Part shown: positions 54,246 to 64,000 of the stretch, one piece after another | Position numbering within the stretch: position 1 is the stretch's first letter | Layout: each line of letters starts with the position of its first letter | NCBI RefSeq assembly: GCF_001194135.2 | Contig: NC_068984.1 | Span: forward strand, 28,493,861 to 28,557,860 | Direction: 5' to 3' | Length of the DNA: 64,000 nucleotides | Source of the DNA: Octopus bimaculoides | Lineage: Eukaryota | Notes under the pieces: generated by a model | Database searches by the model: none | Seen by the model: the letters and a program-made list of their open reading frames with translations, nothing else | What the model was told of the DNA's origin: nothing | Translations under genes and position numbers: made by a program

Positions 54246-57124
54246 TTAACCCATTTGATACCAACCCAACCAGCCAAACATATTTTTGCTCAAGCAACCA
54301 ACCCAGCTGAGCAAACCCATTCTTATTTAAATGTGAATTTCAGCACAAATTTCTTTAGTACATTCAGGAAAACATGGAATTTCACCTTGTAAATAGTTGA
54401 GTTATCGTATCTGACATTGTTTGATGTGATAACTGAACTCTGTGAATTTTGGGAGATATTTTTCCACATTTTTTCTTCAGCGATTTTTTTCAACTTTTAA
54501 AATAGATAGGAGTTTCATGCTATCAAGCAGTGATTCCGAATTTGAGGGCTTTTCAATGGAAGATATGGAGAATTTGAGCAAAAGTATGAGTGAACTACAA
54601 AAGCATGTGGTGTGTGAAAATGAATTGGATATTTCTGTATATGAAACTGAAAGCGGCGATAGTGACAGTGAGGACGATTTTACACCTGAATGGAGTAAGA
54701 AGTTAAAAAATATTTTTATCAATAATTTTTCTGATAAGACTGGATTTACTCAGTTTTTTCTCAGGAAGAGAAACCATTAGACTTTTTTTTATTTTTTACT
54801 TGTAAGCTTGTTTGAAGCCATCACTGAGGTAACAAACCGTCATACAGAATGTAAACAAATTGGAAAAAAGATAGCTTGTGGTTTCTCACAAGCATAGAAG
54901 AAATACGGACATTTGTTGCCATAAATATTATTATTGGCATAAGACAATTACCCAGAATTGCAAATTACTGGAGCAATCAGGAACCTTTTGGCGATCAGTA
55001 CATTTCGAGTATTATGTCAAGGACACAATTTGTGCAATTGAACCAATATTTACATGTGAGAGACACAAGCAGTACCCCAGTATATGAAGAACCAAACTTT
55101 GATCCCTTACTTATAATAATACCCCTCATCAATTGCATTCAAAACATATATAAAACACTCTACAACCCTGATAGACACCAATCCGTCAATGAGGGCATGG
55201 TGGGGTATAAAGGAAGGGTATGCTTCTGACAACACATGCCAGGAAAGCCGACGAAGTCGGGGATCAAAGTATGGAAAAGTTGCGAAGCAAATACTGGGTA
55301 CTGCTGTGGGTTTAGTTTTTATGCTGGGAAAAGGGACAATAATATTGGTCAGCATGGCCTAGGGTATGATGTGGTCTGGAATTTATCACTTCCATACCAT
55401 AACCAGAACCGTATAATATTTTTTGACTGATTTTTTTAGTTTGGTCAAACTTGCGATGGACTTAGAATTGTGACAACATATACATGTGCTACAGTAATTG
55501 TTAGTAGAAAAGGGCTGCCGTTGGATATAAAAAACAGCAAAATCAAAATAAAAAGAGGTGAAATAATCCAACACTAGAAAGGAAATCTGCTAGTGACTGC
55601 ATGCAGAGATAAGAGGCAGATAAATTTTCTATCTACCAGTGCACAACCATGTGTAGATGAAAATGGTACCCCATTTGTGAACCTCGATTATAACATGTAC
55701 ATGGGCAGTGTATGTAGATCGGCTGAACCAAATGATGAGTCATTAACTGGCTGGTAGACCAGGTAACAAATAGTGGCAATACTTGGTTTGATATATAGTA
55801 AACATGAGCATTGTAAATGCATTTATATTATATACCAAATCAGGAGGGGCTCAAAAGTGGTGCGACCATCTGCAGTTCTGAGCAGATGTAGCAATACAGT
55901 TGAGGGCAGGTTATTCCTCCAAAAAAATAACTTAGAAGGAAAAGCAAAACCTGCCAGAGAGATATCCTTCTAAGTTTAGCTGATCTCCAAAAATTAGGAA
56001 AGATCAAGGGTTGCAAAAAGCAGTGCTGTGAATGTCTACATCAACAAAGAAAAACTCCCAGTGGATGGCCAGTTGAAACTTCTTTCCAATGTACATTCTG
56101 CAAAGTTGCAGTATGTAGAGTGGGATGTTTTACAAGTTTCCATGACAGAAATATTGTGTGAATATTGTATATATGTATGATTAGATTGTAAGGTGACTGA
56201 CAAATTTTGATTTAATTTTTCTATTTTTGTTTTTCTTTTACTTGTTTCAGTCATTTGACTGCAACCATGCTGGAGCACCACCTTTCGTCGAGCAAATAGA
56301 CCCCAGGACTTAATAATTGTAAGCCTATCGGTCACATTTGCCGAACTGCTAAGTTACGGGGACGTAAACACACCAGCATCGGTTGTCAAGCAATGTTGAG
56401 GGGACAAACACAGACACACAAACACACACACATATATATATACATATATATACAACGGGCTTCTTTCAGCTTCTGTCTACCAAATCCACTCACAAGGCTT
56501 TGGTCGGCCCAAGGCTATAGTAGAAGACACTTGCCCAAGGTGCCACGCAGTGGGACTGAACCCAGAACCATGTGGTTGGTAAGCAAGCTACTTACCACAC
56601 AGCCACTCCTGCGCCTATTGTAAATCTTTATTATATATGCTCTTGTGTATTCATGTGTGTGTGAATTTATTTCTTTTAGTTGATGTATTTAATTTTCTAG
56701 TTTTCTTCAAAAAGCAAATTCCAGTATTTCATTTTATTTTACCTTTACCTGTATTTATGTGCATTAAACTCAGCTGATAATCCAGTGATGTACACAATTC
56801 TTCTATATTAAAATTTTGTTGCATACCCAATTGAAAATTAGCCAATGACTCATTTTCTATGGTGATGTTTAAACAAAATTTTAATATTTTTATATTTTGC
56901 TGTATTTACCTGTAATTAGAGTTGATTTAAGGCAAAAGTTTTGCAATAGAATTGATTGAGAACCTTTTCTCAAATTGTGTTCCAAAAATTACATTAATAT
57001 GTTGATAAGTAAAAAAAGTTACTATTGCTTAATAAAACTGGTCTAAATTCATGATTATTTTAGAATTTAATTGAAACTCATAAGGGGTGTATTTTAGTTA
57101 GAAATACAGTAATGAAAGGCTTAA
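54246..57124 (+). mobile_element. Full-span, inactive piggyBac (PGBD4-like) transposon
   Basis: Left end TTAAcccatttgatacc; right end gtaatgaaaggcTTAA. Broken ORF with acidic N-terminus, YWS..MSR..F..LNQYLH, SVNEGMVGYKGR, MPGKPTKSGIKVW, FFD*FF, YNMYMGSV and a Cys-rich tail CCECL...FQCTFCKVAVCRVGCFTSFH. Contains a SINE. Confidence 0.88.
56232..56616 (-). mobile_element. Near full-length CORE-like SINE inserted in the piggyBac 3' region
   Basis: Reverse complement is highly similar to 11519-11913 along its whole length. Confidence 0.9.
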
Positions 57125-58174
57125 GTTGATTGGCCAAATACCATCATGTTCACAATATGGGATATTGTGTTCCATTCAGAAATAACTAATGCATTAAATA
57201 TAACAGCAAAGATATTGGGAATTGGCAGTATAACTCATGCTACGTAAGTCATCATCACAAATTTATTGTATGTACTATACTATAATCGAAGGCAAAAACA
57301 CATTGTCTTCATCTATCAAATGGAACTGTAGGGTATTTGAAGTTATATTTGTTTGGTTAATCTCAAATTAATCAGATCTTATTTCAACAAAAATATGCTA
57401 CAGAGACAAAGGTAACTGAAAAGCTATGAAAACTAAACAAACAAACCCCTATTTAGAATTTGTCATTCTCCTAAATGTTATAACTTCCTATTTAACTATC
57501 ATCTAGATAAAACCAAAAATTGTCATATATTTTGTGATGGTTATATGGTGGTAGTTGGAGAATATTCTAATGTATATAAAAAAAAATCAGTTAGATTAAA
57601 CAGATATTACATGGTATTAGTACTGATGCTTATAATGGTGATAGAATAGTTGAAACCAAACATTTCATGTCTACAATCCTTACAAAGTTCTAATATAAGG
57701 AACCAAAAATTCACTTAATAGTCACTAGAATTTTGCTTTTAACATTTAGTGTATTATTCTTTCATTGAAATGACTATGCATCAATCAGACAATTCAGACC
57801 AATAGAAAATAGTTTAAGAAAACTATCCTAAAAGGTGAAGCAACAAATTTTGTAATGACAATGTGGTTGGTATATAACATTTCACAAAAATCTATCTCTC
57901 TGGTTGTCATTTCAAACAAAGATAAGTAAATACAAATTGCTTTAAAGAACCTACTGTCAGATATTTTCAGGAAATTTGATATTTATTTTCTGATCTATTC
58001 CTTAACAGTTTTATAGTGCTTCACTGTGAGCAAGATGAAATGATATGATACTAAGGATGCAAAGACTAAACCAACAATGCACCTATTGTTATTTTGACGA
58101 CTATAGATTCTAAATATTTAAGCTAAAAATATAATAAAAAGCAACATATAATAATAACAATAATAATAAAAATG

Positions 58175-59200
58175 GCAAAAGAGAGAAATGAAGAAAATGG
58201 ATACCAAGACCAGAAAAATGGTGACAGTACATGGAGCCTTCTACCCTAAGAGTGACACTGATAGGCTGTACTTGTCCAGAAGAAAGGGTGGGAGAGTTTT
58301 GATCAGTTGCCAGGACTGTATAGAATCAGAGGAAAGCAGCCTATGGTGGTATATAAAAAATGCCATGGAGCCACTGTTGAAACACACAAAAAAGGCTGGC
58401 ATCATAAAATCTAAAAATTGGGCAACTAAAGAAAAATTTAAACAAGAAATGAACAAAAAAAAAAGGAAAAACATGGAAAGAAAAGGAAATGTACAGTCAA
58501 TTTGCAAGAGATGAGGAAGAGTGACCTGAAGATAGAGACAAAAGCACTCATATGCACAGCTCAGGAACAAGCATTAAGGACCAATTATATGAAGTGCAGA
58601 ATGGACAACACTACCGATAGCAACAAATGCAGAATGTGTGATGAGAGGGGTGAAACAATATGGCACATAGTTAGTGAATGCTCGAAATTGGCACAACGCA
58701 TTTAGTCTTGTGTGCTAACAGCTGCCAGCTTACTAGTAAAGACTGAATACATCCAAAGGTATAAAAAGGCTAGAAAATATGAAGGAGTTGTAAAATCAGA
58801 ACAACTGAGAAGCTGTATGAACAATGATGTAACCATCCTTTGGGGTATGCACATCCACAGTGACAGAAATGAAAACCAACAAGGCCTGACATCATTATTA
58901 AAGACCAGAGCAGGAGGGGTATACTTATCGACACTGCAATACCTTCTGAAAAAAAATCATTTCAATGAAAGTTACAGAGAAGCTGACTAAGTACAAAGAT
59001 CTGGCAATCCAAATCAACAGGATGTGGAACTTGATGATTGAAAGACTACCAGTGATTATTGGAGCATTAAGATGCATGAAGAAAAGAATGGAAAAGTTTA
59101 CCAACCAGACTCAGGTCAACATCAATATCTATGCAGTTCAGAAGATTGTACTACTTGGAACAGCTTACAAACTCAACGAATGCTATAGAGAAATCAGGTG
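58175..59200 (+). mobile_element. 5'-truncated R4/Dong-like LINE pseudogene
   Basis: MDTKTRKMVTVHGAFYPKSDTDRLYLSRRKGGR; ETKALICTAQEQALRTNY; CCHC knuckle CRMC-x7-H-x4-C; endonuclease tail KYKDLAIQINRMW...PVIIGAL...QKIVLLGTA. Confidence 0.85.
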
Positions 59201-59787
59201 ATACTTGAGGGCTATAGTTTAGGGCTGGCCCAACAGGATGTAAAACAGAAAGTACAAAAGCGACGACAACAGAATGTTTCTAATTTAGGCATAAAGTTAG
59301 CAATTTGGAGGAGAGTGTGTTAGTTGATGCCACTGATTCCAGCACCTGACTGGTACTTTATTTTATCAACTTTGGAGAGATGGAAAAAATAGTTGACCTT
59401 GAAAGGATTTGAAATTAGAATATAACACGTCAAATCATAATTTTGGAGAATCTAGAATTGCTGTAAAATTATCGTTAACCTAATTGCAATTAATGTTTTA
59501 AAGAGATTTACAAAACGTTTAAATAGAAGGTTAAAGGTGTTTGGATATGAATATGAATTTCCTGATTCTACAGAAAGCCTATTTGTAGACATAACAAAGA
59601 CTATAAAAGATAATAAAGTTGTAAGATGCAGCTTGATATCTAGTAATCCAATACTAACAAAACAAAATGTTCAGTACTTGAAAGAAGGGTTTGAAAAATT
59701 ATGAGATATAGTGAAGAAAGAATATTATCTGTATCCAGAAATAAAGTTACTGAAGACTGAAAAAATTCAAAAAATAATGATAATAAT

Positions 59788-59789
59788 AA

Positions 59790-59828
<39 letters not shown>

Positions 59829-59829
59829 A
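59788..59829. repeat. (AAAT)n microsatellite
   Basis: About 10 units, read directly. Confidence 0.9.
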
Positions 59830-60237
59830 AGGATGACATGACTACTAGCTGTAAAGAGGAATTACAAAGCTAATTTATGCAACAAACCAAGGATATTGGA
59901 AGTGAAGAATGCTGGTTGTAGCTGACAGATAGAAACTAGCAATGAGAAACTAATCATTGATCCTGGCAGAATTTGAGCTCAGAGATTAATGAACTGGAAC
60001 AAATGTGGAGAGCATTTTGTCCAATACACTAACAATTCTGTCAATTCACTACCCTCAATAATAATCCTTCCTATTATACACACAAGGCCTGAAATTTTGG
60101 GGGAAGGGGCTAATTAATTATATCAGCCCTATTGCTCAACCGGTATTGTTTCATCGATCTTGGTAGGATGTAAGGGAAGAATTTGAACTCAGAAGAGAGA
60201 TAAAATGCAGCTTCACATCTGGTCTGGCATGATAACC

Positions 60238-60310
60238 CTTACTACCACCACCACCACCACCACCACTAAGAAGAAGAAGAAAAGAAGAAGAACAACAACC
60301 ACCACCAAGA
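60238..60310. repeat. Compound trinucleotide microsatellite (ACC)n(AAG)n(AAC)n
   Basis: Read directly; explains the TTTT-KKKK-RRR reading of ORF 60205-60453. Confidence 0.85.
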
Positions 60311-60485
60311 CTGACATGACTGTAGAAAGGCTTTCATACACTGGAAGTTATGCAAATATGAAATATCAACAGATAAGTGATGTAAACACATCAGAAAAAT
60401 TCTCATTCTCTGGAATACTTAGACAAGGAACTAACTGGATGGAAAATGATTGAAAATCAGAAAATGAAGTGCAATCTAGCTGATA

Positions 60486-62167
60486 CACTGGTCTACAAGG
60501 TCTTTGGTATTTAGGAAATAGACATCATTCCTATATAAAATTAATCTCCTGACTCAAAATATAACCTTTTTTACCTATCAGGTCTAGTTTTTAAGTTATT
60601 GAACATCCCTATAGTCATTATGTATGTGTGTATGTCCAGTATGCAGTGTTTGTTACCTCATTCTAATTCTAAGTCTTTTCTTTTTCCATACTTTTTAGAT
60701 GTTGTTGATTAACTAAGCAATAGAAAATGAGCAAGATGTCCTCTTCAAGAAAGTGTTGCATTAATTCTCCAAATGTGTTTTGTTATGTTTGTGGAGAATA
60801 CTAATTACCTGAAAATCAAAAAAACAACACCGACTTTGTTGAAAGAGCATATATGGCATATTTTGAGGTCAGGCTGGGAAACCAAGATAGATATTGGGCA
60901 CTGCATAGTGTCTGCAAACAATGTACAGAACATTTGAAACAATGGACTAAAGGGACAAGCAAAAGTATGAAGATTGCTATACCAACGGTATGGTGGGAGT
61001 GCTACAATCACATGGGCAACTGCTATTTTTTGTAACCTAAATTTGAAGGGTAATAATCGGAAAAATCGACAAATGCGTGTCTATCCTAATCTTGCCTCTG
61101 CTCTTAGACTGGTTCCACACAGAGAAGAGCTTCTTGTTCCTGTCTTGCCTCAGATAACTTTACCCTCAACCAAAGAAGAATCATTACCTGAAGATGACAT
61201 TAGAGATCAAGACTTTTCAGTTGAGACTTTACCTCAGCTATTCTCCCAGGTAGAGCTGAATGATTTAGTTCATGACTCGAACCTCCCAAAAAATTCTGCA
61301 GAACTGTTGGCTTCCTGACTGAAAGAGAAGAATCTTCTAGAGAATGATATCCATATAACCTTTTATCAGAGTTGGCATGAAGAGTACCTTTCTTTCTTTA
61401 CAAAAGAGGAAGAGCTGAGATGTCAGTGAGCTTCTTAATAAACTTGGCATTGAGGAATACAAACCAGAGGAATGGCATCTTTTCATAGACAGCTCTAAGC
61501 ATAGTTTAAAATGAGTATTGTTGCACAACAGAAATGTGTATGGCTCTGTCCCACACAAACAAGATGAGGACAAATATCCGTCAAATGTAAATAATGTACG
61601 GAATTAATCATTTCTTAAATATAGAACTATGATATCAACTTTTCACGATATTGGCATGAATATGAGCATCAAAATGCATTATATTTTTAGTCATCTTGAT
61701 CGTTTTCCTGAATATCTTGGAGATGTTAGTGATGAAGAAGGTGAACGATTCCATCAGGACATCAAGGAGATGGAAACTCGGTACCAAGGACATTGAAATG
61801 CTGCGATGATGGCAGACTATTGCTGGTGCATAAAATGAGATACTCCCTGTTGCTCAACATTCACAGTGTACAAAGAAGCGTAAATTTATTCCTTGAATTT
61901 TCTGCCAAAAATATTTGCCAATATGCATTTTCAATTTTCAATTTTTATTTGTACTTTGTTTTGTTTTGTGTTATGCTCTATTTATTGATTCATATTATAT
62001 GCCTCTTGTATGAATAAAATACTCACTCTATCAGGTCTAGTCAGAAAACTAGACCAGATAGCGGAATATTGAAGTTATTTTTTAATTTAGCAGGCAAAAT
62101 CACTTAAGAATTTGTTGAACTATTCCAGGTACCAGATCAAAGAAAAAAAAAACATTGTTACCCAGTG
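60486..62167 (+). mobile_element. Internally deleted DNA transposon, most like Chapaev3 (CMC superfamily)
   Basis: Termini CACTGG...CCAGTG with long imperfect inverted ends and TA on both flanks. The ORF from ATG 60727 reads CINSPNVFCYVCGEY, WALHSVCKQC, LFSQVELNDLV, SAELLAS, LFIDSSK.SLK.VLLHN, MSIKMHYIFSHLD, DEEGERFHQDIK, MMADYCW. Superfamily label is from memory. Confidence 0.8.
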
Positions 62168-63124
62168 TAATGTAATTTCCTTTAGGAAATGGAGAAATAA
62201 TCTGGAATCAGAGATAAACAAAATATAGGTACTAAAAACAGAAACGAACCCATTAGTAATAGATGCTTTAGGAATGATTAAAATATGCAGGTAAATACTC
62301 AATCAAAATTGTGCACAACATAAGGAAAATAGCAGCACTAGGCACTGTACAGATGTAGATCACTTTCAGCAAAACAGAAAACAAGCTAACAAAAATTGCA
62401 CATACCAAAGGCACACAAAGGCTGAACTAAGACTACTGAATAATAACATCATTAATAATAATAATAATAATATTCAATAATTGTTCTTCCTCTATGACAA
62501 ATTATTTGGTTGGAAAAATATGAGATGTATCAATATGTTCTAATGGGATGTCAAAATTTTACCAAAGTTTTTGACAGAAATGATCTGTAAATAGAGTTTC
62601 AGTTGAACAACTTCATGTAATGCTTTGACAGTAATAAATATTACATCTTAGGCATTTTTCTTTAAATTTATGGCAATTTTTCCTTCTTTTTCTTTGCCTT
62701 CACAAGAAATTCCAAATGAAGAGAGAAAATGGAAACAAAAAACAAAACTGGCTAAAGTTATATCTTCACCAAAATTTATATATTTTGAGATATAAAAGTA
62801 AAAAAAAAAAAATGAAAAGGATAGTCAAGTAAGTAACCAACAAATAGTCTTGCCTATACTTAGAATTTTTAAGTCATGATATGCTTTTCCTTTGTTTACT
62901 AATGTAATATTTAGGAAGAAAGCACCATAAAATTAAATAAATAGGTTAGTATACAACAAAATAAAAAAAGAAAGAAAGAAAAATACTACCACTTTGACAA
63001 ATTATGGTTATTTCAATTTATATAAATTTCATGGGAAATCTTGCCACCAGTTTAAAATAAATTGTTCGTAAATTCGTATTCTCAGTTCTTTTCACTCATA
63101 CTTTTTATCTCATTACAGCTATTG

Positions 63125-63157
<33 letters not shown>

Positions 63158-63279
63158 CAAGATTTTAGTCAAGGTATTCAAAAAGATATTGGTGCTTTTC
63201 ATTGTTTATGCACTTGAATGTGATTAGACTTGCATGACAGTAGGTAGGTATTTCTATGAAAACCTCCACCTTGTGCAAA

Positions 63280-63560
63280 ATTGCTGAGAAAGTGGGTTAT
63301 AAAGCCATATTCAGTGAGGTTCTGATCAACTGGAACCAATATGAAACCTTTGACAAGTGAGTGGGCTTGCAGCTCAAGCACGAGGACTGACAATTCTGTG
63401 CTTTCCAGCATCATGTGTTAATGAAATAAAAGTACTGTTAAGATTCTTGGGGATTGCTTTGGGTCAGCAACTCAGAAGGATAGTAAATTGGACAAATTTG
63501 TTATGAGTAAGGTGACAAATGTCATCAACATGTGAGCTGAGGGCAAACTGTTCTGATGGG
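63280..63560 (+). mobile_element. Decayed Tx1/L1-like LINE RT fragment
   Basis: Reads VGLQL...VKILGIALG and NW...KV...I followed by a tgagctgagggcaaactgttctgatggg segment echoing the W..R.LS..G motif. Confidence 0.45.
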
Positions 63561-64000
63561 TTAAGTAGAGGTGTAAAATACTTACATTGCCACTATGATC
63601 GATTACCACTTGATACTTAGTTTTTATCTGACAATGTTAAAGCATCTGTTCTTTTGATTTTTGTCACAGGGAAGTGCATAGCACAGACATTACTTACTGT
63701 GGCTAATATACTCATCAACATTTTAACATATACCCAACAAATATATAGAAGTGTCAAAGACCCATATTTTAATGCTCGTGATCAAATTATGAAAATTTTC
63801 CCATGCATAGAAATACATATTATGATATAGCAGAATAGCTGAAATGCTACTTATGTACTTGAGAACATTATTTGAAAAGTAGAGATATCATAATGTGTTG
63901 ACAATCTGCTTGTGTATGTGTGCGTGTAGATATATGTATATAGGTATGAATATGACAGTCTCCCAACCCAGCTAGGAAAACAGTAACTATATAAGAACTG

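Noticed and set aside
1-64000. Remaining 60-130 aa ORFs in the track
   Set aside because: They are low-complexity, microsatellite-derived or repeat-derived readings with no domain signature.

Overview
AT-rich, repeat-dense animal genomic DNA with four N-gaps. The repeat content suggests an octopod cephalopod (Octopus); this is my inference from recalled repeat families, not a database result. Nearly the whole window appears to be intronic sequence of one minus-strand gene for a Lachesin/DIP/IgLON-type Ig cell-adhesion protein. Two exons are visible: a 288-bp I-set Ig exon (27781-28068) and a 162-bp Ser/Thr-rich stalk exon (395-556) that the ORF track misses. They join in frame across a 27.2-kb intron (...SMVLY-E-IGISSTKSTT...). 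I found no upstream Ig exon in 28069-64000, and the terminal exon would lie left of the window. The rest is retroposon and transposon debris: three young RTE-clade LINE fragments (two show a PHD finger inside the RT), several tRNA-type SINE families, a full-span dead piggyBac, a piggyBac-type MITE, a mariner remnant, an internally deleted Chapaev3-like element, R4/Dong-like and Tx1-like LINE remnants, and microsatellites. There are no rRNA, true tRNA, CRISPR or prokaryotic-type features. I cannot claim a new biological system. The best leads are a possible secreted-versus-anchored switch at the stalk exon, the intra-RT PHD finger, long inverted repeats around a symmetric Ig exon, a nested inverted SINE pair, and a candidate antisense exon.
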